DNA of 64,000 bases from Saccharolobus solfataricus P2 (GTDB lineage Archaea > Thermoproteota > Thermoprotei_A > Sulfolobales > Sulfolobaceae), in NCBI RefSeq assembly GCF_000007005.1, contig NC_002754.1; one strand, given 5' to 3'. A model generated the notes under the pieces. The model saw nothing but the letters and a program-made list of their open reading frames with translations. It had not been told where the DNA came from and made no database searches. Shown here in pieces: positions 11,052-22,411 of the stretch (its first letter is position 1; each line of letters starts with the position of its first letter). Made by a program: the position numbers and the translations under genes.

Positions 11052-12112
11052 GGGAAATCTTAGAAGATATTTGTTGCTCTGAAGTAAGAGTAGTAGTAGG
11101 AGAGGGATCACTTTCAAAATTATCTAAGATTAAAGACAATAACGCTGCAGTTATCTATTCAAGAAAAATTAGTATAGCAGATAAAATTAATAAATATTTA
11201 CCAAATGCATACTTCATCCCAATTAATGATGGTGAAAGTACTAAAGAATTATCTAGTGTAATATCTTTAGTAGAAAAGCTATTTGAAAAGAATTTCGATA
11301 GGGGGGATTATATTATAGGTGTTGGTGGTGGAACGGTAACTGATGTAGCTGGTTTCTTAGCATCTATATATTTAAGAGGATTAAATCTGATAAACGTACC
11401 AACGACCTTCTTAGGCATGGTCGATGCAGCAATAGGGGGTAAGAATGGAGTAAATTTCAATAATATAAAGAACTTAATTGGAACATTCTATCAACCAAGT
11501 ATGATAATTTCCGATTTAGAATTTTTGGAAACTCTACCAATAGAAGAACTAAAGAAGGGATTAGCTGAAGTAATTAAATATGGCTTAACTTTAGATAAAG
11601 AATTATATGATTACTTGTCTTTAAATAAGGAGAAGATACTAAATAAAGATAAACAAGCATTAGAAGATATAATCTTTAGATCTACACTTGATAAACTAAG
11701 TATTGTAAAAGAAGATGAGAGAGAGACTAAAGGAATACGAATAGTTCTAAATTTCGGCCATACGATAGGTCATGCTATAGAAGCTGGATCCTCTTTTAAT
11801 GTTCCACATGGCTACGCTATCTCTGTAGGAATGGTTTGTGAGGCTAAGATGGCGGAAGAGTTAGGTTATGCAGAGGAAGGAGTAGTAGAAGATGTGTTAT
11901 GGCTATTACAGATTTATGGTTTACCTTACGATATATCTCAAATAGATGCCCCAGTAGATCTTAAACTAGCATTAAATGCTATTAATATGGATAAAAAACA
12001 TAGGAAAGATGTAATTTTGATACCGTTTCCTACTAGAATAGGTAGCTGGAAAAAAGTTGAAGTTCCTCTAGATACCGTAAAGGGGTTTGCCGAACAATGC
12101 TTGAAGAAATAA
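11048..12112 (+). CDS. aroB: 3-dehydroquinate synthase
   Basis: [41 protein letters not shown]. Confidence 0.97.
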   Translation: MREILEDICCSEVRVVVGEGSLSKLSKIKDNNAAVIYSRKISIADKINKYLPNAYFIPINDGESTKELSSVISLVEKLFEKNFDRGDYIIGVGGGTVTDVAGFLASIYLRGLNLINVPTTFLGMVDAAIGGKNGVNFNNIKNLIGTFYQPSMIISDLEFLETLPIEELKKGLAEVIKYGLTLDKELYDYLSLNKEKILNKDKQALEDIIFRSTLDKLSIVKEDERETKGIRIVLNFGHTIGHAIEAGSSFNVPHGYAISVGMVCEAKMAEELGYAEEGVVEDVLWLLQIYGLPYDISQIDAPVDLKLALNAINMDKKHRKDVILIPFPTRIGSWKKVEVPLDTVKGFAEQCLKK

Positions 12113-12906
12113 ATTATGATACTAAGTTATTCGGTCTAATAGGTAAAAACATAAAGTACACGCTATCCCCTTATATTCATAATTTCTCATTTAGAACACT
12201 AGGAATAAATGCAGTTTATCTAGTTTTTGATCTCGACGAAATGAAATTCAAGCGTAGTATTAGTGGGATATTGGAAATTGCAGAAGGACTTAATGTTACG
12301 ATACCGTATAAGGATGAAGTAATGAAATATTTGGATAATACTGATACGCACTCCACGAGAATTCAAGCTGTAAATACAATATATAAAAAAAGTGGTTATA
12401 ACACTGATTATTTAGCAATAAAAAATCTTGTAAGAAAGAAGATTAAGAATGTATCTGGCTACGAATGTTACATATATGGGGCTGGAGGTGCAGCAAAAGC
12501 AGCAGCTTTTGCGTTATCTGAATTAGGATGCTCTAGTATTAGTATTGTGAATAGAACAAAATCAAGGGCTTATGAGTTAGCTGAATTATTAAATAAGAAC
12601 GGTTATAACGCGTCAATTAAAGAGAATTGCAACATTACAAATAATATACTTATTGTCAATAGCACTCCTAATTCTTCTGTAGTCCCAGAGGACTGTGTTA
12701 AAAAATCTGATCTTGTTATAGAATTTGTTTATAGACCAGTTGAGACTGAGTTAATTAAAAATGCTAAAAAATATGGTATACAATATATAAACGGTCTAGA
12801 AATTTTAGTGAATCAAGCTGTAGAAGCGGAGAAGATATGGTTTAATAAGAGTGTGGCAGATGAAAAGATTATAGAGTATCTTTATGCCAGGGAACTCGTT
12901 TGGTAA
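12097..12906 (+). CDS. aroE: Shikimate dehydrogenase
   Basis: [39 protein letters not shown]. Confidence 0.96.
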   Translation: MLEEINYDTKLFGLIGKNIKYTLSPYIHNFSFRTLGINAVYLVFDLDEMKFKRSISGILEIAEGLNVTIPYKDEVMKYLDNTDTHSTRIQAVNTIYKKSGYNTDYLAIKNLVRKKIKNVSGYECYIYGAGGAAKAAAFALSELGCSSISIVNRTKSRAYELAELLNKNGYNASIKENCNITNNILIVNSTPNSSVVPEDCVKKSDLVIEFVYRPVETELIKNAKKYGIQYINGLEILVNQAVEAEKIWFNKSVADEKIIEYLYARELVW

Positions 12907-14059
12907 ACTATTTAGAATAACCACTTTTGGAGAGAGCCATGGTCCTGCAGTAGGTGTAGTCATAGACGGTGTTCCTGCCGGTTTACCATTAACTGTTGAA
13001 GATATAAAGTTCGAATTAGAATTTAGAAGACCAGGTAGACTATACGTTTCTGGAAGGAGAGAAAAAGATGAGCCGGAAATATTAAGTGGGATCTTTAATA
13101 ATAGAACTACCGGATCTCCAATAGCAGTTATAGTACGAAATACTGATGTAATATCAAGTTTTTATGACGAGATTAAATATAAACCAAGACCAGGACATGC
13201 AGACCTTCCATTTATAATGAAATATGGATATGAAAATTGGGATTATAGGGGAGGTGGAAGAGCAAGTGCTAGAGAAACTGTAAGTAGAGTTATAGCTGGT
13301 GCAGTAGCTAAGAAGTTACTTATGCTAACAGATACTTGGATAGCTGGCCATCTTAGAAGTTTAGGCCCAGAAGAGTTGAGTGAAGAGGTAACATTTGAGG
13401 AGGTTCTATGCTCAAAATATAGCCCAGTAAGAGCTAGTAAAAAAGACCTTGAGGAAAAATATGAAGCATTAATAAAGAAAGCTACTCAAGAAGGGGATAG
13501 CTATGGCGGAATAGCTGAAGTAATAGCCAAGAATCCACCAATAGGTTTAGGAGAACCAGTCTTTGATAAGATGAAAGCTGAATTGGCTAAAGCAATAATG
13601 TCGATCCCTGCTGTGATGGGCTTCGAGTATGGTTTAGGTTTTATTGCTAGTAAAATGAAAGGAAGTGAGGCTAATGACGAGATTATAAGAAAGAATAATA
13701 GAATTGGCTGGAAGTACAATTACGCTGGAGGCATTTTAGGTGGTTTAACAAATGGTGAAGATCTTATAGTGAGATGTGCATTTAAACCTACTAGCTCGAT
13801 TAGAAAGCCTCAAAAGACCATAGATTTAAGGAACTTAGAGGAGAGTTATATTTCAGTAATTGGCAGACACGACCCAGCTGTAGCAATTAGGGGAGTTACT
13901 GTTGTAGAATCAATGGTAGCGTTAACCATAGTAGACCATGCAATGCGTGCAGGAGCTATTCCACTAGTTAAACTTACAGAGGACCAAGCTAATACAATAC
14001 AGCAACGTTGGGAGAGGTATGTGAAATCATGCAAGCCTATGGAGGAGTCTCAATCGTAA
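12884..14059 (+). CDS. aroC: Chorismate synthase
   Basis: [36 protein letters not shown]. Confidence 0.98.
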   Translation: MPGNSFGKLFRITTFGESHGPAVGVVIDGVPAGLPLTVEDIKFELEFRRPGRLYVSGRREKDEPEILSGIFNNRTTGSPIAVIVRNTDVISSFYDEIKYKPRPGHADLPFIMKYGYENWDYRGGGRASARETVSRVIAGAVAKKLLMLTDTWIAGHLRSLGPEELSEEVTFEEVLCSKYSPVRASKKDLEEKYEALIKKATQEGDSYGGIAEVIAKNPPIGLGEPVFDKMKAELAKAIMSIPAVMGFEYGLGFIASKMKGSEANDEIIRKNNRIGWKYNYAGGILGGLTNGEDLIVRCAFKPTSSIRKPQKTIDLRNLEESYISVIGRHDPAVAIRGVTVVESMVALTIVDHAMRAGAIPLVKLTEDQANTIQQRWERYVKSCKPMEESQS

Positions 14060-14835
14060 ACGCACTACCATCTTGGTATGGCTCATCTATGGCAATCAAT
14101 TTGAAGGTAAAAGTAGAAATTAGAGAAGGTAAGAGAGTTTATTCTCAAGAGAGTGAACTAATTAAGACCATTCTTAATTACTTTAAAGAAAAATATTCAA
14201 TACCGGATATTGAAGTTGATATTGAATCTGAACTTCCACAAAAGAGTGGACTAAAAAGCAGTAGTGCAGTTTCTGTAGCCCTAATAGCGGAGATTGCAAA
14301 GCAATATGATCTAAGGAATATTAACCCTCCAATATTATCTGCGATACTTTCACTGAAAGCTGGAGTGTCATATACCGGGGCACTTGATGATGCAGTTGCA
14401 TCATATTGTGGAGGAATAGCATTCACTTATAATAAGATGTTTAGAATAGTAAAGTTAGAGAATCTTGAGGATAATTTATCGATCCTCATATTAGCTAAGG
14501 GAGGGAGACAAAAACCTGTTAATCTAAACGAGCTAAGAAAATATAGTCACGTCTTTGAAGAAATTTTTAAGATAGCACTTAAGGATTACTTGACTGCTAT
14601 GAAGATGAATGGAATATTGATTGCTAATATTTTAGGCTATTCATTAGAACCAATAGAAATTGCACTGAAAAAAGGAGCGTTAGCTGCCGGGATTAGTGGA
14701 AATGGGCCTTCATATTTTGCAGTTTCTAAGAATGGAGAAGAAGGTCCGATATACGAAAGTCTTAAGAAATTTGGAGATGTTATTATAGTTAGGCCTGTAA
14801 GTCTTGATTGTAAAGATTTATCCATCAAAGATTAG
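14029..14835 (+). CDS. aroK: Archaeal GHMP-family shikimate kinase
   Basis: [23 protein letters not shown] motif, [14 protein letters not shown]. Likely ATG 14029 (track 14008). Confidence 0.93.
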   Translation: MQAYGGVSIVNALPSWYGSSMAINLKVKVEIREGKRVYSQESELIKTILNYFKEKYSIPDIEVDIESELPQKSGLKSSSAVSVALIAEIAKQYDLRNINPPILSAILSLKAGVSYTGALDDAVASYCGGIAFTYNKMFRIVKLENLEDNLSILILAKGGRQKPVNLNELRKYSHVFEEIFKIALKDYLTAMKMNGILIANILGYSLEPIEIALKKGALAAGISGNGPSYFAVSKNGEEGPIYESLKKFGDVIIVRPVSLDCKDLSIKD

Positions 14836-16048
14836 TGGAATAATAAAAGCTCCTCAATCAAAAAGTCTAGCTATTAGGTTAATTTTTCTTTCACTTTTCA
14901 CTAGAGTATATCTTCATAACTTAGTTCTATCGGAAGATGTTATAGACGCTATAAAATCAGTAAGAGCATTAGGAGTAAAGGTAAAAAACAATTCTGAATT
15001 TATACCTCCAGAGAAATTAGAAATTAAGGAGAGGTTTATAAAATTAAAAGGTTCCGCTACTACTCTTAGAATGCTTATTCCAATATTAGCCGCAATAGGC
15101 GGAGAAGTGACAATTGATGCAGATGAGAGTTTAAGAAGGAGACCTTTAAACAGAATCGTACAAGCATTAAGTAACTACGGTATATCCTTTTCTTCTTACA
15201 GTTTGCCTTTGACTATCACGGGAAAGTTAAGTAGTAATGAGATAAAGATTTCTGGTGATGAGAGTAGTCAATATATTTCTGGCTTAATATACGCACTTCA
15301 TATTCTAAATGGCGGTAGTATTGAAATATTGCCCCCCATTTCATCTAAAAGTTATATTCTGCTTACAATAGATTTATTTAAGAGATTTGGTTCTGATGTT
15401 AAGTTTTATGGTAGTAAGATTCATGTTAATCCCAATAATTTGGTTGAATTTCAAGGCGAAGTGGCGGGAGATTATGGTTTAGCCTCGTTTTACGCGCTTT
15501 CTGCATTAGTTAGTGGTGGAGGAATTACAATAACTAATTTGTGGGAGCCGAAGGAATATTTTGGTGATCATAGTATTGTTAAAATATTTAGTGAGATGGG
15601 CGCTTCCAGTGAATATAAAGACGGTAGATGGTTTGTCAAGGCTAAAGATAAATATTCTCCCATAAAAATTGATATAGATGACGCACCTGACCTGGCTATG
15701 ACAATTGCGGGATTATCTGCAATAGCGGAGGGAACAAGTGAAATTATAGGGATCGAAAGATTGAGGATTAAGGAAAGTGATAGAATTGAAAGTATAAGGA
15801 AAATCTTAGGATTATATGGTGTAGGTAGTGAAGTAAAGTATAATTCTATTCTGATATTCGGAATTAACAAGGGTATGTTAAACTCTCCAGTTACAGACTG
15901 TTTGAATGATCACAGAGTTGCTATGATGTCGTCAGCCTTAGCTTTAGTGAATGGTGGGGTAATTACATCAGCTGAATGTGTAGGTAAAAGTAATCCTAAT
16001 TACTGGCAAGATTTATTATCACTAAATGCGAAGATTTCTATTGAATGA
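14804..16048 (+). CDS. aroA: EPSP synthase
   Basis: [38 protein letters not shown]; TTG start. Confidence 0.97.
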   Translation: MIVKIYPSKISGIIKAPQSKSLAIRLIFLSLFTRVYLHNLVLSEDVIDAIKSVRALGVKVKNNSEFIPPEKLEIKERFIKLKGSATTLRMLIPILAAIGGEVTIDADESLRRRPLNRIVQALSNYGISFSSYSLPLTITGKLSSNEIKISGDESSQYISGLIYALHILNGGSIEILPPISSKSYILLTIDLFKRFGSDVKFYGSKIHVNPNNLVEFQGEVAGDYGLASFYALSALVSGGGITITNLWEPKEYFGDHSIVKIFSEMGASSEYKDGRWFVKAKDKYSPIKIDIDDAPDLAMTIAGLSAIAEGTSEIIGIERLRIKESDRIESIRKILGLYGVGSEVKYNSILIFGINKGMLNSPVTDCLNDHRVAMMSSALALVNGGVITSAECVGKSNPNYWQDLLSLNAKISIE

Positions 16049-16707
16049 GACCATTAATTGTAGCTTCATTACCAATTAAAAAGATAGAAGACTTAAAACT
16101 TATAGAAAATTTTTTAGATGCAGATCTAATAGAACTAAGACTTGATTATCTAAGAGAAAGAGAAGTCAGTTTGATATCTGACTATTATGAATTTTTAGAT
16201 AAATATAAAAAGAAGTTAATAGTAACGTTAAGAGATAAAGGGGAGGGAGGAATAAATCAATTAGCGGATGAATTAAAGATAAAAATTTTAAATGAACTCT
16301 ACGAGAGACAATATCTGTATGATATAGAGGTTTCATTTCTTCAAAAATATGATATACCATACGATAATAGGATAGTTTCTGTCCACTATTTTAATTATCT
16401 TCCAACTCTAGAGAAGATAAAGGAAATTGTTAGCAAGTTTTCCGAAAAAGCGTTCAGCGTTAAGATTGCAGTTCCTAGTCTAAAAGGATATAAGGAGGTA
16501 CTCTTACCTCTTCTTGAATATGAAAACGTAACCGTAATTCCAATGAGTAATAATTCTTTAGAGAGGATCGCAGTGGGTCTACTGGGCTCAAAGTTAGTTT
16601 ATTCGTACGCAATTGAACCTTTAGCACAAGGGCAACTTTACTATAAAAAAGTTATCCAGATTTTTAATTATATTAACGATATAACAACTTCATCTTTAGT
16701 TACTTGA
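16045..16707 (+). CDS. aroD: Type I 3-dehydroquinate dehydratase
   Basis: [29 protein letters not shown]. Confidence 0.92.
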   Translation: MRPLIVASLPIKKIEDLKLIENFLDADLIELRLDYLREREVSLISDYYEFLDKYKKKLIVTLRDKGEGGINQLADELKIKILNELYERQYLYDIEVSFLQKYDIPYDNRIVSVHYFNYLPTLEKIKEIVSKFSEKAFSVKIAVPSLKGYKEVLLPLLEYENVTVIPMSNNSLERIAVGLLGSKLVYSYAIEPLAQGQLYYKKVIQIFNYINDITTSSLVT

Positions 16708-16982
16708 ACTCTGTATACTTTTATAGGCTTTTTGGAAGCTCCCTTTTTAGGTTCTCCACTATATATAGAAAAATGAGAAAAGTGACATTGACATACTAAT
16801 TCTTCTTTTATGATAACGCCATATTTTGAAAGATCACAACCTAAATGCGGGCATTTATTATCAAAAACAAAAAATCTATCTACTCCTAGATAAAAAACGA
16901 CTAATTCACGTCCATTAGGCAGTATAATTTTTCTCTTTTCACCAGTCTTAAAATCAGTTCTACTTATCCTTATATACTCCAC
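16668..16982 (-). CDS. Soluble Rieske [2Fe-2S] protein
   Basis: CPHLGC and CQCH ligand boxes; no TM or Tat leader; convergent 40-nt overlap with aroD. Confidence 0.92.
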   Translation of the reverse strand: MEYIRISRTDFKTGEKRKIILPNGRELVVFYLGVDRFFVFDNKCPHLGCDLSKYGVIIKEELVCQCHFSHFSIYSGEPKKGASKKPIKVYRVQVTKDEVVISLI

Positions 16983-17247
16983 GACTTTAATTATGAGCTA
17001 ACGGAGAAATTAAAGCAAACTATGTGTTAAGCATAAAAATAAGACTCTTATATAATAACATAACTTTAATAGAGTTATTGCTCTAAAAGGTAATGCCAAA
17101 ATTCTTCCTTATAGGTCATTTAATCTTGATAATCAAATGGCAAGATTTAAACATAATAGGTGTAGAATAATAAAAACTGCTTAAAAGATTATGAACAAAC
17201 AATTTATAAGATTGGGAGCAAAATAAGTAGATTAGAGGAAATCGAAG

Positions 17248-17541
17248 ATGTTAGAAATAAGTGAGGATCTTAAAGCAAAGCTTGATTATAGAATCTTTGA
17301 GATAGTTCAAAACTCACCTACTACCGAAATTAGAGCCATAATCATAACCTCTTTACCACCGTCAAGTGAGATATTAAATGAGGTCCAAAAAGAATCATTA
17401 AAGATAGAAAGAGTATTTAATATAATGAACGTCATTAAAGTCAGAGGAAAAGCAAAGACTATTGCATCCTTACTAGATAAATCCTTTGTGAAGTATATAA
17501 TGCTAGAAGAAGTTATAGTAAACACTCCACAATTAATCTAA
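17248..17541 (+). CDS. Hypothetical protein (97 aa), possible subtilase propeptide/I9-like fold
   Basis: One nt before xpd start; pattern IIITS..KIERVFNIMNVIKVRG....LLDKSFVKYIMLEE resembles I9 propeptides. Confidence 0.55.
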   Translation: MLEISEDLKAKLDYRIFEIVQNSPTTEIRAIIITSLPPSSEILNEVQKESLKIERVFNIMNVIKVRGKAKTIASLLDKSFVKYIMLEEVIVNTPQLI

Positions 17542-17542
17542 T

Positions 17543-19195
17543 GTGGAACTTAGAGAGTGGCAAAGCAAAATAGCTGAGAAAATTGTAGAAGCATTAAGAA
17601 ATAATTTTTTAGTTTCATTGCAAGCTCCTACGGGTAGTGGTAAGACTTTATTTGCACTTTACACTGCTCTTAAGGTTAAGCCAAAAGTAGCGTTTGTTGT
17701 AAGAACTCATAACGAATTTTTCCCAGTTTACAGAGAACTATCTTTACACTTTAAGGATAAAAAATACGGATTTTTAGTAGGTAAATCCTCTGCGTGTGTT
17801 TTTAGTTCATCTGACGTTGATGCTCAAGATATATATTGTAATGGATGTGAAATTTTTAACGCGTCCGCAGTTACCGTAACTGATTCGCCAAAGGTAAGTC
17901 TGAATAAGCTAAAGGAGGAGGGTAAAAAATTAGGATTTTGCCCTTATTATTCTCTTCTGGAGACCATAAAAACCGCTGATGTGATATTACTCACATATCC
18001 TTATCTGTTTATACCTTGGCTTAGAGAATCTTTAGATATTAATTGGGAGGACTATGTTGTTATAGTAGACGAGGCTCATAATATAGAGAACGTTTCTAAT
18101 ATAGAAGAGAAAAAACTAAACAAAAGAATTATAGAGATGGCAATTTCCCAATCTCACTCACAAAATGTGAAAGTAATATTGGAAAGACTTAAGGAAAATG
18201 TTGAAAAGGCAGTTTATTCAGAGGATAAATATATACTTATTGAAAAGGATAAATTAGACAATATACTACCTTCTAATGAAGAAATCGAGATTTTATCGGA
18301 AGAATATGATGAAATTAGGAAGATTATGATAAAAAATAAGACGGTAAGTAGGAATTATCTCGGATCGATTTTGAGGTTTTTTGATTTAGTTAATGATGAA
18401 GGAATTAGAGTTTTTTCATATTCTGGTTCCTTGATTGCAAAATATATAATACCCTCTTACTTTACTGATATACTTAACGATGAGAAAATTACGTATATGC
18501 TGATGTCCGGTACTATGCAACCCTTAGATTATCTTAGAAATATTATAGGAATTAAAAGGAAAATATTATATATTGATGCAGAAAAGGTTATGAAAAAAAG
18601 ATTAACTGGGACATATGAGTGTCTTATATCTATTGATGTTACAACTACTTATAGTTTAAGATCGGAACAAATGGCACGTAAATATGCATCATATTTACTA
18701 AAAATTTTCTATAATTCTAGAAGACATGTTCTAGCTATATTTCCTAGCTATGAATTTATGAGAATAGTATCTAAATTTCTAAATATAAGATATTTGGCAG
18801 AAGATACAGAAACTAGTATCGAAGAGATAATGAGCAATCTGAAAAAAGAAAAAACAATTATCATGGGTATAGCAAGGGGTAAGTTAGCTGAAGGAATTGA
18901 AATAGTTGAAAATGGATCTAGTCTAATATCAGATGTGGCAATGGTAGGTATCCCTTATCCTCCAATAGATGATTACTTAAAGATACGAGTTGAGGAGATA
19001 TCAAAAATCTTGAAAAAGGATATTAGTAACGAATTAATCAGTATACAAGCATTAATTGCTGTAAAACAATCCATAGGTAGGGCCATAAGGGGTCCAACGG
19101 ATAATGCAACTATATGGCTTCTTGATAAAAGATATGATAGTCTATGGTGGAAGAAAGAACTTAATTGCTTGAATGCAAGGAAAATTAAACTGTGA
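17543..19195 (+). CDS. xpd: XPD 5'-3' DNA helicase with 4Fe-4S domain
   Basis: APTGSGKT, four Cys (SAC, YCNGC, FCPYY), VDEAHN, MSGT, GKLAEGI, QSIGRAIRG. Confidence 0.97.
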   Translation: MELREWQSKIAEKIVEALRNNFLVSLQAPTGSGKTLFALYTALKVKPKVAFVVRTHNEFFPVYRELSLHFKDKKYGFLVGKSSACVFSSSDVDAQDIYCNGCEIFNASAVTVTDSPKVSLNKLKEEGKKLGFCPYYSLLETIKTADVILLTYPYLFIPWLRESLDINWEDYVVIVDEAHNIENVSNIEEKKLNKRIIEMAISQSHSQNVKVILERLKENVEKAVYSEDKYILIEKDKLDNILPSNEEIEILSEEYDEIRKIMIKNKTVSRNYLGSILRFFDLVNDEGIRVFSYSGSLIAKYIIPSYFTDILNDEKITYMLMSGTMQPLDYLRNIIGIKRKILYIDAEKVMKKRLTGTYECLISIDVTTTYSLRSEQMARKYASYLLKIFYNSRRHVLAIFPSYEFMRIVSKFLNIRYLAEDTETSIEEIMSNLKKEKTIIMGIARGKLAEGIEIVENGSSLISDVAMVGIPYPPIDDYLKIRVEEISKILKKDISNELISIQALIAVKQSIGRAIRGPTDNATIWLLDKRYDSLWWKKELNCLNARKIKL

Positions 19196-19202
19196 AATAG
19201 AA

Positions 19203-19997
19203 ATGGAAGTGCAGATTTTTACTCATAAAAACTGTGTAGAATGTAACATGCTTCTTGAGTATCTAGAGAATAAAGGACTATTGGGTAAAGTAAAAATCAT
19301 TGATACCGAATTATATCCATTTTTAGCTTTCGAAAAAGGTGTAATTTCAACACCGTCCATTTTTATTGATGGGAAGTTGGTATATGCTGGTATTGTAGAT
19401 TTTGAGGAGTTTGAAAGAATTTTAAGTGGGCAAAAGGTGACTAAACAAATAGATAAGGCTAGTTTGGTTGAAAAATTGATGCTTGGAATAGTGGATTCTT
19501 TTGCAGCAACAGCTTGGTTATATATTAACCGCGACTTTGATTCGTTTTTGGCTCAAAAGGATTTCGTAATGGCAGTAACTGGATTATCACTTTTGGACGA
19601 GAGGGAAGGGGATGAATACTATAATTACCTGAGAAATGTGATGGTAAAAGAAGGAGATAGGTATTTGGAGGAATGGAAACCTAGAATGCTAAGGAATATA
19701 TCGTCTAATTTCATTAGGGAAATATTTTGGCTATATGAGAGAAAAATAAGTAAGGAAACACTCACGCAGAAATATCCAGTAGAAGTTTTCGCCCATTGGT
19801 TGATGATAAGAAGTGGTGCAGTAGGAAGAGTGGGTCTAAGAATCTATCCACTTTCTGACTCCACTGTAATGAAAAGGGTATTAGAGGCATACAATTTCAT
19901 GTTAGAGAATTACGATGAGATATTTAATAAGGTTCAAAAAGAACAAATGGAGCTCAAGACTAAAAACAAAGAGCAAGTAAGGTATTTGCAACTTTAA
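19203..19997 (+). CDS. Glutaredoxin/thioredoxin-fold protein (CVEC) with helical C-terminal extension
   Basis: IFTHKNCVEC, STPSIFIDGK cis-Pro motif. Likely ATG 19203 (track 19173). Confidence 0.8.
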   Translation: MEVQIFTHKNCVECNMLLEYLENKGLLGKVKIIDTELYPFLAFEKGVISTPSIFIDGKLVYAGIVDFEEFERILSGQKVTKQIDKASLVEKLMLGIVDSFAATAWLYINRDFDSFLAQKDFVMAVTGLSLLDEREGDEYYNYLRNVMVKEGDRYLEEWKPRMLRNISSNFIREIFWLYERKISKETLTQKYPVEVFAHWLMIRSGAVGRVGLRIYPLSDSTVMKRVLEAYNFMLENYDEIFNKVQKEQMELKTKNKEQVRYLQL

Positions 19998-20201
19998 AAC
20001 CTAACCATTAAAGCTATGCTTTGTGGACTTGTAAAATTTTAGCAAACATTTAAGATATCTCACAAGCCTAAATTGTAGGCCTTGAGATTAATTGAAAGGG
20101 AAGATAATAGTGGTTTAGTGTAAAAATATTCAACAGATTAACTACGCATTAAAGCTAAAAGTGTTTTAAACTTTTTAATCTCAGTTAAAATAACTCATTT
20201 T

Positions 20202-20420
20202 ATGGAGAAATTAGATCTTAGGGGAAAGCCTTGTGAAGAATTTATTCTAGAGATTTCAAAATACCTAGTAGCAATGAAAGTAGGTGATAGTATATTAATA
20301 CTAACTGATAAAGACAGAGTCCTCTGTACTCATCAACTTCTAAGAAATGCTCCTAGATATCTTTTTAAAGCAGATCTAGTAGACGATCATGCGGAAATTA
20401 CTATAAAAAGACTAAGATAG
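20202..20420 (+). CDS. TusA/SirA-like small protein
   Basis: LDLRGKPC motif, 72 aa, [12 protein letters not shown] pattern. Confidence 0.75.
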   Translation: MEKLDLRGKPCEEFILEISKYLVAMKVGDSILILTDKDRVLCTHQLLRNAPRYLFKADLVDDHAEITIKRLR

Positions 20421-20424
20421 AGAA

Positions 20425-22347
20425 CTATCTCATGTAACAAATTGAGTCATTAACAACTCTTAAGTTCGTACCCTTTTCTTGAAGTACCAGATCTATGAAC
20501 TTACCATAATCTAAGGCTATCCCCAACTCGCTGAGTTTTATACATCCCTCTTCTATTACTTTTTGCAAGATGAGATCATAGTTATCGTTAATCAAATTAA
20601 TAACATCGGCAATTTCACTCTTATGTGCTATTATGCTAGACAAATCTTGAATTACTTGGAAAGATGAGGATAACGTCTCTATTCTCTTACATATTGGCTT
20701 AGTGGAGTCGTTTATTTCTTTCTCAAGTAAGTTAATAAGATCAAATTCTTTATATCTACTTAATGAAGGTATCTCATTCTTGATGTATTCGTATTCCTCT
20801 TTAACTTTAGCTAACACAATAGAAGCTGTTTTTAAGCCTTGTTCTAAAAATTCTTTACTTTTTACCACAAATATAGCTGGTTTTTCATCACTAAGCTTTA
20901 TTATGTTTTTCAACAATTCTTGATTTGCATTTAAATTAAGTGAATTAGATAGCTGTAAAAACTTTAGCATCAGTTCTGTACAAGTTTTGCAAGTTTCTAA
21001 ATTTTCTTTATTAAGTAACCTATTAAAATACTTGATTGACATTTCTATATTAAATCTTATATCAGTTATTTCGTTATTATACTTCTTGCCTAATAACAAC
21101 TCTAATGAATTATATATAGATTCGATATATTTATACAATATTTGGACATTTACATTTACTCTAGATAGTAATTTTCTTATCTTAATTACTCCTTCATCAT
21201 TAATTTTTATAGCTTCAGATAATGGTTCTATTTTATCTAACACGATACCATAATTTTTAATTTCATCTACGATTTCATTATATCGTGAAATTTGATCGAA
21301 GAGATAATCATTAATACTTCTCTCTAACTCTAATCTTTTAGCGTTTAATTCCAGCTCGAGATTTTGCAAAGTCTTCATATCAGATATATTTTCTAGATTA
21401 CTTGAAATATCAGCAAAGAACTTATTATACTTTTGAATTAAAGGAGTTAGTTCTATATCATTAGTATCCTTTATAACTAATTTTATCTTTTCTAGTACTC
21501 CTTTTAGTTCATCTAGATTTTCAATAATTCTTTTTCTTGTATCAACTAATTCTTTTTTAATATAAAAATTGGCTTTAATCAGTGATACTATAGAAGGAAT
21601 TATATTTAAAATTATCGTTAATAACCCAGTTAAGGTTATTATTTCTAAAGCCTGACCATTTAGATAAAGAAAGATAGAAAGTGGAATACTTCCAATTAAA
21701 CTATATAGTTGACTTATACCAAATAATATACCAGCTGCTAGAGCTAATATAATAGATACCCAGAGCGAATAGTTATGTAATATGTATGATGTTGTGTTGT
21801 AGCTTAAAATGCTAGGTACTATTAGTATTAGTAGAGGTAATACGGAAAGAATATTTACTGTAATTCTACTATTCTTTTCAGCAATTCCAAACGGTAAAAA
21901 CAATAGAAAGAAAGGATTATATATTGATAAAAGTATAGAACTAGATGTTATTACACCTCCTATGGAACTATATTTTAAAATAGAAAATAGCGGGATTATG
22001 AATATAAAAATTAATGCTACCAGTAATTCTATTAGATATTCAATTGAGTAGCCTTGAATCAGAGGTAATAATGTAATATTGTATAATGTCTTAAAAACTA
22101 CTGCACTTTCTATAATATATATCGCTAAAAATATTATAGAAAGAGGTTTGTAGAAGAAAAATGAAATTACTGAGATAATAGCTATAACAAAATACACGTA
22201 ATCAATAGGTAAAAACGAAAAGAAGATTTTGTATGACAGAATTGCATTAATAACTGCAACTATTACTCTATTTATATATTCATATACAATATCACTATTT
22301 GCCTCCATGTTCTTTATAAACATACTTAGAATAATATTATCTCTCAA
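20425..22347 (-). CDS. Hypothetical membrane protein (about 260-aa multi-TM N-terminus, long coiled-coil C-terminus)
   Basis: 640-aa ORF; hydrophobic first 40 percent, heptad-rich remainder. Confidence 0.75.
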   Translation of the reverse strand: MRDNIILSMFIKNMEANSDIVYEYINRVIVAVINAILSYKIFFSFLPIDYVYFVIAIISVISFFFYKPLSIIFLAIYIIESAVVFKTLYNITLLPLIQGYSIEYLIELLVALIFIFIIPLFSILKYSSIGGVITSSSILLSIYNPFFLLFLPFGIAEKNSRITVNILSVLPLLILIVPSILSYNTTSYILHNYSLWVSIILALAAGILFGISQLYSLIGSIPLSIFLYLNGQALEIITLTGLLTIILNIIPSIVSLIKANFYIKKELVDTRKRIIENLDELKGVLEKIKLVIKDTNDIELTPLIQKYNKFFADISSNLENISDMKTLQNLELELNAKRLELERSINDYLFDQISRYNEIVDEIKNYGIVLDKIEPLSEAIKINDEGVIKIRKLLSRVNVNVQILYKYIESIYNSLELLLGKKYNNEITDIRFNIEMSIKYFNRLLNKENLETCKTCTELMLKFLQLSNSLNLNANQELLKNIIKLSDEKPAIFVVKSKEFLEQGLKTASIVLAKVKEEYEYIKNEIPSLSRYKEFDLINLLEKEINDSTKPICKRIETLSSSFQVIQDLSSIIAHKSEIADVINLINDNYDLILQKVIEEGCIKLSELGIALDYGKFIDLVLQEKGTNLRVVNDSICYMR

Positions 22348-22411
22348 AGATATATATGGTTTACTAGCTTTAGTAAGTTAAAGATATAAACGGTTCTTCA
22401 TATCTATACCT

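Noticed and set aside
17093-17170. 25-codon ORF (MPKFFLIGHL...) in the Rieske/xpd intergenic region
   Set aside because: Too short, no SD or coupling, and compatible with chance.
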